This document shows, one piece after another, positions 1 through 10,123 of a DNA stretch of 64,000 nucleotides. A program made the position numbers and the translations under genes. The notes below the pieces were generated by a model, which saw only the letters and a list, made by a program, of their open reading frames with translations, was not told the DNA's origin and did not search any database. Positions within the stretch are counted from its first letter, which is position 1, and the number at the start of each line of letters is the position of its first letter. The stretch comes from an uncultured Collinsella sp. (GTDB taxonomy: Bacteria > Actinomycetota > Coriobacteriia > Coriobacteriales > Coriobacteriaceae): the NCBI GenBank assembly GCA_964602045.1, contig CAZRPL010000002.1, positions 34,498 to 98,497 of the forward strand. Reading direction: 5' to 3'.

Positions 1-3000
1 TCGGTGATGGTGTAATCGTACTCGCCGGCCTTCTCATAGGAGATCTCGCCGAAGTTCACCGAGCCGTCAGCCGCGTTGGCAACGGTCGTCTTCTCGGGCA
101 TGGGCGCGCCCTCGGAGCCGGTCAGCTCAAAGCTGAACTGGCCCTCGGCAAGCGTACCGCCCTTGAGCTCCTTGCTCACACCAAACGAAGCGCTCGTCGC
201 TTCGGCCTTGTAGGTATTGGCGAACGTAATGTCGCTCACCTCGTTGTCTTCGGCGTCGGTTACGGTCCACGTCACCGTAAGCGCGCCCGCTCCGTCATCC
301 TCAACATGGGCCACGGCCGTGTACGTCGCCTCGTCATAGTCCACGCCGCCGAGACCATTGTTGTCCTCGCTGATGGTGAAGGAGTAGTCACCGGACTCGC
401 TGAACGTGAAGCCGTCACCGAAGACCACGCTGCCCGTACCGTCATCGTTCACGGTATTGGTAGCGGTAATAGAAGTGGGGCTCACAGTCTCACCATACTC
501 GCCGTTGGCGGACATGGTGAAGCTGAACTCGCCCTCCTTGAGCGCGCGGCCGGCAAGCGTCTTGGTGATGGTCAGGTTCCCGGTCGCAGGATCGGTCGGG
601 TTGGTGGGAACGGTCGGGTCGGCATCGTACTCGTTCGTGAAGCTGAACTGCTGGCCCGCGGCCTGCTGAGCGTCCGCGTCGACACTGATGGTGCCGTTCT
701 GATTATCGGTCAGCGTCACCTCGAAGGTCTTACCCTTCGCGGCCTCAGAGTCGTTCTCCACACCCTCAACGGAGCGCTCCTCGGTCACCGTGTAGGTGAA
801 CGTGATGGAGTCCTTACCCTTCAGGTCCTCGATGTCATACTCGATGGTGCCGAAAGATACCGAGTTGGCCGGCTGATTCGTGGCAGTTACCGCATTGTCC
901 ACGGCACCTGCGGGCAACGGAGCAGAGCCGCCGTCCTCATCAACGCCCGTCAACGTGAAGGTGTACTTGCCCGTAATGTCCGGAGCGTTCTTGAAGCCGT
1001 TGGTCTCGTAGATCTTCGTGCCGGCGACGACGAGATCAGCCGATGCATCCTCGCCGTACGTGTTCACGAAATCAAGGCCATCCTCATAGCCCTGGGGATA
1101 CGTGACCTCGATATCGAGCGTGCCGTCACCGTTGTCGGTCACCACGACTGTCACGTTAAACTGCGCCGTCGAGGTAGTCAGACCCTCATCGGCAAAGCCG
1201 CTCGTGTCCTCCTTGACGCGGTAGATGTACGTATAGGTGGTGTTGCCGTCGGCGTCCGCGCCCTTCTGGGCGATGCCGTTCTCGACGGCAGACTTGAGCG
1301 TGTCGGTCGTGTACTCGATGGCCGGGAAGACGATGTCGCCGTCGGCGTCGTTCTTCGCCTCGACGAGCTTATCGACGGTGTCGCCATCCCGGTTCACCGA
1401 CCACACGCTAAAGGTGAAGTCGTCGCCGTCAAGTGTGTCGTTCTCAAGCGTCTTGTGGGCCTTGATGCTCGTGGCACCCTCGCCGCCGAGCTGGCCCTCT
1501 GCCTTGTAGGTATTAACGAAGGTGGCGACAGGCAGCGTGCTCCAGTTGCTCGACGTCGTGATCGCATCACGCAGCACGCCCGTCTCATTGGAGACCACCG
1601 TCTCCGCCGAAACCACGCCTTCGCTATCCACCGAAACTTCGATAGTCAGCGTGTACTCATGAGTATCGTACGTGACGCCCCCGGTCGGGTTCTGCGCTGG
1701 AATCTGCTCGTACACCTTATACGTGAACTTCTTGCCCGCATCTTGGGCGGTAAACGCAATGCCATTCAGTCCGTCGAGAATATCGACAGTGACCTCAACG
1801 CCGTCGGACGCAGCGGGCATTGAAATAACCTTGTTCTCGTCCGCGCTCTCCAAGCCGAACAGCTTCGCAGAAGCACCATCGGCGGGGTCGACAATAACTG
1901 AGAACTCGCCCCGCCCCATGTCACGGCCGTTGAGCTTCTTACTCACCGTGAGATTGAGATGCGCGGTGTAGTCGACCGAGCCGCCCCAGAAGGTGTTACT
2001 GAACAAAACGCCGTTGTCCGCTGGGTCTTCCTTGATGGTACCCGTAGTCGACAGGTTCCCGGTAGCCTCGTCAAGCGTGCCAGGACCGGGGAGAACTTGT
2101 GCATTGTAGTACGCAGCAGCAGTCTCGGTCACGGTATAGGTGACGCCAACGGGCAGGCCAGCGATCCAGATGCTCTCATGGCTCTTAAGCGTGAACTGGT
2201 ACCGGCCATCAACGAGCGTAATGGTCCCGGGCTTCGGGACGTTATCCGTCGTGCGCATCGCCTCGAACTCACCCGTCACCGCTGTGCCGTCGGCGTTCTT
2301 CACCTCAAGGTCGAACGTGAACTCTTTGCCTTCGGGCGCACCTGTGCCATCCACCGTCTTGGTAATGGTGAGACCGGAGGTCTTGAGAACCTTCTCGTTC
2401 GTCACGTGGATGGTCACGTCGCCGGTGAACAGGCCGTTCAGGCTCTGGTTGCCCAGGCTCTGCTTGTAGTCGGTGTTGTTGCCGCCCTCGTGCTCGTCAG
2501 ACATGCACTGCGTCACGTTGAAGCGCGACCAGCCGGCATCGGCGGTGTAGGTGGCATCGCTGCCGTTGGACGGCTGGTAGGTGAACCTGTTGTCGTCGGT
2601 CTCGTCACGATACTGGAAGTGCAGCTCGACGCCGTCGACACCCTTCCAGTCGGTCTGCTCGCCCTCATAGGTCGTCGCAGTCTGCGGCTGCGCCTTCACC
2701 TCGTGGAGGGTGGCGTCAATCTGGTCATCGGCGGCAAAGCTGCGCATGCTGTACACGAGGTCGCCGATGCCCGTCTCGACGGAGATGTTATCGGAGTCCG
2801 TGCCGGCGTTCACGTGCACGCCGTCGTCGTCCACCACGATCTGGATGGGCGTCTCGTCCAAGACATAGTCCGCGGGCGCCGTGGTCTCCACGAGCACGTA
2901 GTCGCCATTGGCCAGCAGCTTCTCGTCAACGTCGGAGTAGATCTCCACCATGCCGTTCTGGTCCGTGGTCAGGTTCTCCGCCACCGGCTGCTCACCAGTG

Positions 3001-5159
3001 TCAAGCTGACCGTTACCATTCGCATCTGCGTACAGCGTGTAGACAGCACCCGCCAGATTCTCGGTGCCGTCGGCGGTGGTCTTGTGGAGCGTCAGCTCGT
3101 TTTTGATGTTGGGGATGGAGAGCGTCACCGAGAACATGCGGTCAAAGCCCTGGCCGGCTTCGGGGTTGATCTCGACGATGTCGCTCTGATCGGACAGGTT
3201 ATCGAGCGAAGTCGCATTGGACCAGTAGTACTTGACCGCATACTGGGCCGTCTGCGTGCTACCCTGGCCGTTCTTGATCATGTACTCGTAGGTGGTGATG
3301 TCGCCCGGCAGGTCCTCGATAGTGGTCTGGTAGGCACCGCCCGAACCGAGCAGGAAGATGTAGCCCGACGCCTTCGCGGCATCCACGATGGCGCCCTTGC
3401 TGGAAGCGGCGTCATCGATCGCAGTCGTGGCAACATCCCAACCGCTGAAGGCATCACCGGTCACAGCGTAGTGCCCACCGTCGTTGATCTTGGTCACGAC
3501 GGCAAACATCAGGCCGTCCGCGGGGTCATGGGTGCCACCGTTGAAATCGGTAACCGTCGTGGTCGCGGTGGCGGTCGCGTGCGCCTGCGAGTAGGCGCCG
3601 GTCTCCCACTGGTTACTCGAAAGCAGCACGCCGTCGCCGGTGCCGTCGTTGTTAATCTTGGAGAAACGCAGCTTGACCGTACCCACGCTGCGATAGCCGT
3701 TGGTCGCCGTATCGATGGTCTCGGTCAGGATCCAGTAGCCGCTCCGGCTGCCCAGCTGCTCGAGGGTGATGGGGATCTCCTGGCCGGCGTTGTTCTCGTA
3801 GGTGAAGATCATCTCACCGTTGGCGTTGGTGCAGCCGGTAACAGGCGTCGTGCCCGTAACAGCCTCATAGTTGGCGTTGGCCTGCTGCAGCGTGAACTGG
3901 ATGCCCGAAAGGCCGGTGCCGTACTGGTCGACCTTCACGATGCCGGACTCGGGGATGTTCACGAGGTTGTACTTGAGCGACATGTTGGAGTCGGTGTTGC
4001 CGCGCTCAAGGTAGAAGAAGTCGAGGGTGTGGTAGGTGCCGTCGGCGAAGGTGTCGCCGTCAAGGTTGGCGGTCACGCCGGCAGCGGTCATGATTTCAGC
4101 GAGCGTCTCGCCGCGGCCGTTGCCGTTGTAAATTGTCTCGCCCTGATCGTACTGGTTGTTGCCGTTTATGTCGTCGTAAACATAGACGCGACCGCTGGAA
4201 TTGCGATTGTTGTTCGCAAAATTGATTTCGATGGACGTGGCGTCGTGGATACCGCCCAAGTCGCCTACGAGCACGCCATCGATGTAGATCCACACGTCAT
4301 CGTCGCCGGAGAAGTTATAAGTGACCGCTTGGCGCCCCGCTGTACCCTCGGGTGCGTTGTAACCGCCGTCCTGCTAGATGAAGCGGGTGGACATATGCAT
4401 GCCGAAGTAGTGGTTGATAACCTCATTGGTCGATTTGATATTCTTCGGCTCGATGCCGTTGTTCGTCTCGTTAAACACCTGTGCACCAGTGTTAAACGGG
4501 AAGAACTGGCCCTCCGGGGAGCTACCTCCCGGATAGACGGCCCACTCGTCATACAGCGTGAAGTCGCCGCTGCCGCTGCCGTCATCGTTGAACTGCGCGA
4601 AGTTCTCCTGGCTGTTGTAATAGTAGTAACCGTTCTCGTCGACCTGCAGCAGACCGTCAACGTCGGAGTAGGCCGCCTTGCCATCAAAGCTCGAGCTGTC
4701 AAAGAGGTAGTCGAGGGACTCGGTGCCGATACCGCCACGACCGCTCAGCGAGGGATAGCCGTCTTCTCCGAGCTTGCTCGCCACGATGCCTTGACGAGGC
4801 TCTGCATCGCCCGTCCAATCGTTGATAGAGCCGGGATTAACCAGATCGGCGTTTTGTTCGGTGCCCATGCCCGCACCGAACTTGAGCACGTGGCCTGCGT
4901 TAATACCGCGGTTCTGCCAATCCTGCCCATTGTTCTGGTCGTTATCGGTACGGCCCTGAATCCAATAATCGAACAGGTTGATCGTCGTGCCGCGGGGCGA
5001 CACGCCGGTCACGGTGTTCTGCGGGCTGTCGATCGCCGCCTGCGCGATACCCGGCGCGACGGTCAGGGCCGACAGAGCAAGCGAAGCCGTAGCCAGCGCG
5101 GCGACCAAACGAGATGCGCCGCCGTGCTCCGTACCCTTACGGAAGAGATTCCGACTCAT
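1..5159 (-). pseudogene. Giant secreted cell-surface adhesin, 5-prime ~5.1 kb only (C-terminus beyond left edge); frame interrupted by one in-frame TAG at 4374-4376
   Basis: Minus frame hand-translated at four places. 4251-4373: QDGGYNAPEGTAGRQAVTYNFSGDDDVWIYIDGVLVGDLGG. 2881-3097: ELTLHK...ANGDYVLVETT, Cna-B/SpaA-like. 1980-2039: TIKEDPADNGVLFSNTFWGG. 3-59: VNFGEISYEKAGEYDYTIT, pilin-isopeptide-domain-like. The ORF track lists no stop-bounded ORF in this frame left of 4374, so it appears open to the window edge. Confidence 0.7.
4374..5159 (-). CDS. N-terminal fragment of the adhesin: signal peptide plus first part of PA14/fibro-slime-like domain, ending at the in-frame TAG
   Basis: 261-aa ORF. 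Signal-peptide-like start MSRNLFRKGTEHGGASRLVAALATASLALSALTVAPGIAQAA. AAAGGGG Shine-Dalgarno upstream of the ATG at 5159. G/N/D/Y-rich secreted-domain composition. Confidence 0.75.
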   Translation of the reverse strand: MSRNLFRKGTEHGGASRLVAALATASLALSALTVAPGIAQAAIDSPQNTVTGVSPRGTTINLFDYWIQGRTDNDQNNGQDWQNRGINAGHVLKFGAGMGTEQNADLVNPGSINDWTGDAEPRQGIVASKLGEDGYPSLSGRGGIGTESLDYLFDSSSFDGKAAYSDVDGLLQVDENGYYYYNSQENFAQFNDDGSGSGDFTLYDEWAVYPGGSSPEGQFFPFNTGAQVFNETNNGIEPKNIKSTNEVINHYFGMHMSTRFI

Positions 5160-5611
5160 AGCAAACCCCTTTACGTGAGTTCGTTTCAGTGCTGCGTTTA
5201 AAACCCGACCGAACTGCCCGCGGTTTGAACAGGCAGAACGAATCCGCGACGAATCGCAGATATGAAAACTTTATCACGCAAAACGCGCGCAGAACCCCAC
5301 GTTTATCTGCTCTTTTATGTTGACCCCGCCCGGGATGCGCTCGGTTTCTCACCTCTTATGGCCTGTAACAGGGGGTTATTCGAGATGAGCCGGTGTGCCC
5401 ACCGACCACATCTCCACAAAAACTCAACAGATTTCCAGCTAAAGCCGACCCATTTCCAACCAATACGCGAAGGTCTTACTCACTCAGGAAGGCGAGCGAA
5501 CCCATCCCACGGCCCCAACGCCCCGATGCGACGCCCCAAAACGCACTACCTCGCCATAGCGACACCGCTCGAGTACATGCCCAACGGCACGACGCGACGC
5601 CCAAAACGCAC

Positions 5612-5750
5612 TACCCCCGTTTAGAAGACGGTTTTGCGAGGGGCGTCCGAGTATACAAGCATATAAGCGCATTAAAACTGCAGGTCACAAGGTTGGCCTT
5701 TTTTGGTCTACTTAGGGTGGGCGCGCAAAACCGTCTTCTAAACGGGGGTA
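5612..5750. repeat. Inverted-repeat (MITE/REPIN-like) element, copy A
   Basis: 25-nt arm CCCCCGTTTAGAAGACGGTTTTGCG (5614-5638) is perfectly complementary to 5724-5748. Flanking TA on both sides. ~85-bp interior. Confidence 0.8.
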
Positions 5751-5850
5751 TTGTCTTCCACGCCGTGAAATGCTGCTTGACGGACGTTATTCACGCACGC
5801 CGCATCGCAAGAACAGCGGGATTGCCCCAGAGTCAGCCCCGCGAACTCGG

Positions 5851-5990
5851 TACCCCCGTTTACGGTTCGGTTTTGAGGCCTCCCTTCGAGTAGACCACGA
5901 TCACAAATCAAGAAAGTCGCTGGTACAGCTTGTGCGGACAAACTTGTGTACTCGGAAAGTCGCTCCAAAACCGAACCGTAAACGGGGGTA
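5851..5990. repeat. Inverted-repeat (MITE/REPIN-like) element, copy B
   Basis: Arm TACCCCCGTTTACGGTTCGGTTTTG (5851-5875) is perfectly complementary to 5966-5990. Shares the outer GTTTA and CGGTTTT blocks with copy A. Confidence 0.8.
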
Positions 5991-6040
5991 TCGTCCCGGC
6001 CGCCGCCAAACGGGCAGCCCGACAGGCAAGATGACTATAT

Positions 6041-6290
6041 AAGAGTGCGCCGCGGTCGCCCCGAGACGCAGCAGACACGGGCGGCGGGCAAGGCAGCGCG
6101 GATGCTGTGCGCCGCGGTCGCCGCCGAGGTGAAACAGCACGAACGGGACGGGCATCTCGGGTTCCGCACGCCGTGGTCGTCCCGAGACGCAGCGAGCGCG
6201 GACGGCGGACGAGGCGGTGCTGCGCACGCGGCGGGGTGCCCAGGACGAAGCAGCGCGGGGGCGCTCCGCGCCCCCGCTCCCACCCAAGCG
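6041..6290. repeat. Four degenerate ~60-bp GC-rich tandem units
   Basis: Related units start near 6044 (GTGCGCCGCGGTCGCCCCGAGACGCAGC), 6108, 6167 and 6223. The last unit ends in the perfect hairpin GCGGGGGCGC-TCC-GCGCCCCCGC. Confidence 0.55.
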
Positions 6291-6307
6291 GCCCCGCAGC
6301 CTCGCAC

Positions 6308-6342
6308 ATAAAAGACGGTGCGCCGAAACCCAACGCACCGTC
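6308..6342 (-). terminator. Rho-independent terminator downstream of purD
   Basis: 9-bp stem GACGGTGCG/CGCACCGTC (6314-6322 / 6334-6342), followed on the minus strand by TTTTAT. Confidence 0.6.
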
Positions 6343-6382
6343 CTGACGGTTCAACTCGTTTCAGACAGCCAAGAACTCCCAG

Positions 6383-7693
6383 CTAGTCCCAGGCCTCGCG
6401 ACCGCGCAGCGCGCGCAGGCCGATGTCGCGGCGCAGGGTCTTGCCCTCGAAGTCAATCTTCTCGCAGGCCTCGTACGCCAGATCGCGCGCCGCCTCAAAC
6501 GTGGGCGCCAGCGCCGTCACGTTGAGCACGCGGCCACCGTTGGTGAGCACGCGGCCCTCGTCGTCCATGCGCGTACCGGCGTGGTACACCGTCACATTGT
6601 CCATGGCCTCGGCATCCTCGATACCGGTGATGACCTTGCCCTTCTCGTAGCTGCCAGGGTAGCCCGCGCTCGTCAACACCACGCTCACGGCGTACTCGGG
6701 ACGCCAGGAGAGCTCGATCTCGTCCAAGCGCCGCTCGGCGCAGGCAAGCATGACCTCCACGAGGTCGTTTTCCAGACGCGGCAGGATGACCTGCGTCTCG
6801 GGGTCACCGAAGCGGGCGTTGAACTCGAGCACCTTGGGACCGGTGGGTGTGAGCATGAAACCGCCGTACAGGCAGCCGCGGTAATCGATACCCTCCGCGG
6901 CGAGCTCGGCGACCGTGGCCTCCATGATGCGGACCATCTCGGCGTACTCGGTCTCGGTCACGATGGGCACGGGGCTGTAGACGCCCATGCCCCCGGTATT
7001 GGGGCCCAGGTCGCCCTCGAGGGCGCGCTTGTGATCCTGCGAGGTATCCATCGGACGGACGCAGCGACCATCGGTGAACGCCAGCAGCGAGCATTCCGGG
7101 CCGGTCAGCATCTCCTCGATGACCACCGTGGAGCCGGCATCGCCGAACGTGCCGCCGAAGCACTCGTGCACGGCCTCCTCGGCCTGCGCGAGCTCGGTCG
7201 CCACGATCACGCCCTTACCGGCAGCCAGGCCGTCGGCCTTCACCACGAGCGGAGCGCCCTGCTCACGCACATAAGCGAGCGCCGACTCCTCGTCGGTAAA
7301 GGAGCCATAAGCGGCCGTCGGCACGCCGGCACGACCCATGACCTGCTTGGAGAAGAGCTTGGAACCCTCCATCTGGGCGCCGGCCGCACCCGGGCCGAAG
7401 CAGGGAATGCCCGCCTCGCGCACCGCGTCGGCGACACCGACCACGAGCGGGGCCTCGGGGCCGATCACGACCAGACCGCAGCCCGTCTCGCGTGCAAAAT
7501 CGGCGACGGCGGCAGGATCCTCGGCGTCGAGCGTGACGTTCTCGCCCACGGCGACCGTGCCGCCGTTACCCGGGGCGATATAGAGTTTGCCGCAGCGCGG
7601 GGACGCGGCGAGCTTGCAGGCGAGCGCATGCTCTCGGCCGCCGCTACCGAGCAGCAGGATGTCGAGGGTGGAAACGTCGTTGGTAATGGCCAT
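6383..7693 (-). CDS. purD: Phosphoribosylamine--glycine ligase
   Basis: 436 aa. N-terminus [18 protein letters not shown]...APGNGG and overall ATP-grasp PurD-like sequence. Confidence 0.95.
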   Translation of the reverse strand: MAITNDVSTLDILLLGSGGREHALACKLAASPRCGKLYIAPGNGGTVAVGENVTLDAEDPAAVADFARETGCGLVVIGPEAPLVVGVADAVREAGIPCFGPGAAGAQMEGSKLFSKQVMGRAGVPTAAYGSFTDEESALAYVREQGAPLVVKADGLAAGKGVIVATELAQAEEAVHECFGGTFGDAGSTVVIEEMLTGPECSLLAFTDGRCVRPMDTSQDHKRALEGDLGPNTGGMGVYSPVPIVTETEYAEMVRIMEATVAELAAEGIDYRGCLYGGFMLTPTGPKVLEFNARFGDPETQVILPRLENDLVEVMLACAERRLDEIELSWRPEYAVSVVLTSAGYPGSYEKGKVITGIEDAEAMDNVTVYHAGTRMDDEGRVLTNGGRVLNVTALAPTFEAARDLAYEACEKIDFEGKTLRRDIGLRALRGREAWD

Positions 7694-7703
7694 GGGTCCT
7701 CCT

Positions 7704-8615
7704 TTAGAACGCAGCCTCGAGGAACATATCCGAATCGTCCAGAAGCGGGCTGTGGAGCGCGGCGGGGTAGCTCAGCAGACCCACGGCCCCCTCCCCCACG
7801 TGCGTGGCGATGCACGGACCGATCGTGGCGACGCCGCCGCAGACACCCTCGAGCTCGTTGGTCTCGAGCGGCTTTTCCAGCATGGCGATCGCCTTGGGGG
7901 AACGGGTATGCAGCTTGTAGTAGACGAGCGGTCCGAGCTCCTGGGAGCGGCGGGCAACCTTTCGGGCCATGAAGGCGACGGCGTTGCGCATGCCCTTGGC
8001 CTTGTGGGCGACCTCGATACGGCCCTGCTCGCCCACCTCGATCACGACCTTCACGTTGAGGATGGAGGTCGCCAGGTGCTGGGCACGCGTGGCGCGACCG
8101 CCCTTGACCAGGTTCGCCAGGTTGTCAGGGATGAAGAAGATCTTCGCGCTGTCGCGAATAGCGCGTACACGCTCGATCGCGTCATCGATCGTGCCGCCCT
8201 GCTCGGCGATGGCGGCGGCCTCGAGCACCATGGCGCCCTCGCCGACTGTGGCCGAATAGCTGTCGATCACCTCGAGCCGCACGCCCGAGGGCATCTGCCG
8301 CGACAGGAAGCGCGGGGTCTCGATGGTCGAGGACAGCTCGCGTGCGATGTGGATGGACAGGATGTCCTTGTAACCCTCATCCACCAGCTCGCGATAGACC
8401 TCGATGAAGTCGGCGGGAGCAGGCTGCGAGGTCTGCGGAAGCTCCTTGGCCCCCTGCATCAGGTCGAGGTACTCGCCGATCTGGATGTCCACGCCGTCGC
8501 GGTAATCGCGCCCGTCCGCCACGATGTGCAGCGGAATCACACGGATACCCAGGCGCTCGGCCGTCTCGTGATTGATATCGGACGCGCTGTCCGTGACAAT
8601 TGCAAACTTGCGCAT
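7704..8615 (-). CDS. DegV family fatty-acid-binding protein
   Basis: 303 aa. FAIVTDSASDI start and typical DegV length and pattern. Confidence 0.88.
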   Translation of the reverse strand: MRKFAIVTDSASDINHETAERLGIRVIPLHIVADGRDYRDGVDIQIGEYLDLMQGAKELPQTSQPAPADFIEVYRELVDEGYKDILSIHIARELSSTIETPRFLSRQMPSGVRLEVIDSYSATVGEGAMVLEAAAIAEQGGTIDDAIERVRAIRDSAKIFFIPDNLANLVKGGRATRAQHLATSILNVKVVIEVGEQGRIEVAHKAKGMRNAVAFMARKVARRSQELGPLVYYKLHTRSPKAIAMLEKPLETNELEGVCGGVATIGPCIATHVGEGAVGLLSYPAALHSPLLDDSDMFLEAAF

Positions 8616-8627
8616 TGTCGAGGTTCC

Positions 8628-9914
8628 TTAATTCCAGAAACGGTTGATGGTCTGCTCGCGGTCGGGACCGACGGACACGAAGCTCACGCGGGTGTGGGCG
8701 AGCTTCTCGATGTAGGCCACGTAGTCCTGAGCCGCCTGCGGCAGCTCGTCGAAGCTGCGGCAGGCGGAGATATCGCACTTCCAGCCGGGCAGCTCCTCGT
8801 AGACGGGCACCGCGGCGGCAAACGCGCTCTCGTGCTCGGGCACGGTGGTGTAGCGCACGCCGTCGCACTCGTAGGCCACGCACACCTTGATGGTATCGAA
8901 GGCCGACAGCACGTCCAACTTGGTGAGGGCGATGTCGGTCAGGCCGTTCACACGGGCGGCATAGGTGGCGATCACGCCGTCGAACCAGCCGCAGCGACGG
9001 CGGCGACCGGTGGTCACGCCGTACTCGTAGCCGTCCTCGGTGAGGGTATGGCCCTCGGGCGTCTCGTAGGCGAGCTCGGTGGGCATGGGGCCCTCGCCCA
9101 CGCGGGTGATGTAAGCCTTCATGATGCCGAGCACGCGGTCGATGTTCTTCATGCCCACGCCGGAGCCCGTGACGGAACCACCGGCCGTGCAGTTGGACGA
9201 GGTCACATACGGATAGGTACCGTGATCGATGTCGAGCAGCGTTGCCTGGGCGCCCTCGAACAGGATGGACTTGCCCTCCTCCACCAGACCGTTCAGCAGA
9301 AGGCCGCTCTCGCAGATATAGGGACGTAGGCGCTCGGCATAGGCCAGGTACTCCTCGCAGATCTGGTCCACGGTGTAGGTCGGCATGCCGAAGATCTTCT
9401 CGAGCTGCGGGTTCACGCGATCGAGTGCGCGGGCGAGCTTGGCGCGGAAGACGCCCTCGTCGAGCAGGTCCTGCATGCGCAGGCCGATGCGCGCCATCTT
9501 GTCCTGGTAGCACGGGCCGATGCCGCGCTTGGTGGTGCCGATGCTATGGTCGCCGAGCAGCTGCTCGTAGGCGCCGTCGAGGTCCATGTGGTACGGCATG
9601 ATGGCATGTGCGTTGCCCGAGACCTTGAGGTTGGCGGTCGAGATGCCGTCCGCCTCGAACATGTCGATCTCCTCGAGGAGCACCTTGGGATTGACGACGC
9701 AACCGTTGCCGATCACCGAGATGCAGCCCGGATACATGATGCCCGAGGGAACCTGGTGCAGACCGTATTTGCGGTCGCCCACCACGATGGTGTGGCCGGC
9801 GTTGTTGCCGCCCTGATAGCGAACGACGCAGTCGAAATCACCGGCGATCAGGTCGCAGATCTTGCCCTTGCCCTCATCGCCCCACTGGGTTCCGACCAAC
9901 ACTGTCGAAGGCAT
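8628..9914 (-). CDS. purA: Adenylosuccinate synthase
   Basis: 428 aa. VLVGTQWGDEGKGKICD and QGGNNAGHT motifs. Confidence 0.96.
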   Translation of the reverse strand: MPSTVLVGTQWGDEGKGKICDLIAGDFDCVVRYQGGNNAGHTIVVGDRKYGLHQVPSGIMYPGCISVIGNGCVVNPKVLLEEIDMFEADGISTANLKVSGNAHAIMPYHMDLDGAYEQLLGDHSIGTTKRGIGPCYQDKMARIGLRMQDLLDEGVFRAKLARALDRVNPQLEKIFGMPTYTVDQICEEYLAYAERLRPYICESGLLLNGLVEEGKSILFEGAQATLLDIDHGTYPYVTSSNCTAGGSVTGSGVGMKNIDRVLGIMKAYITRVGEGPMPTELAYETPEGHTLTEDGYEYGVTTGRRRRCGWFDGVIATYAARVNGLTDIALTKLDVLSAFDTIKVCVAYECDGVRYTTVPEHESAFAAAVPVYEELPGWKCDISACRSFDELPQAAQDYVAYIEKLAHTRVSFVSVGPDREQTINRFWN

Positions 9915-10086
9915 GTCTTCTCCTTACATACAGACGATGCGTGCATCGTCTTGGCACTCAAACATTTCCATTATACGGCGGGGCGGCAACGCCGTGCCCT
10001 GCCAATTCATCGTGTTCGGCGGGCGCGACGCTTTCCCCATGCGCATCACCGCGCCGGCGCACAGCCCGCGCGCACAGGCAGGCACG

Positions 10087-10112
10087 CAAAAGGGCGGACC
10101 GAAGCCCGCCCC
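10087..10112 (-). terminator. Probable terminator downstream of dnaB
   Basis: GGGCGG...CCGCCC hairpin at ~10092-10112, followed on the minus strand by CTTTTG. Confidence 0.45.
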
Positions 10113-10123
10113 GCAGGTTGCCG

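Noticed and set aside
4374-4376. TAG as programmed read-through or pyrrolysine
   Set aside because: No pyl genes or recoding signals are visible in the window. TAG is used as an ordinary stop by several neighbouring genes, for example the echC-like gene at 41296, the echD-like gene at 40588 and the YtxH gene at 29405.
306-5201. Very long plus-strand ORFs (306..1823, 505 aa; 1959..5201, 1080 aa)
   Set aside because: They lie antisense to the adhesin frame, which reads as real domains wherever I hand-translated it. Their products are R/G/V/H/A-rich, with no motifs. These are typical shadow ORFs of GC-rich DNA.
6041-6290. CRISPR-like alternation of ~30-nt repeat and ~30-nt spacer
   Set aside because: There are only about four units, and the repeats are strongly degenerate rather than identical. 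The spacers are also related to each other. No cas genes or leader are present in the window.
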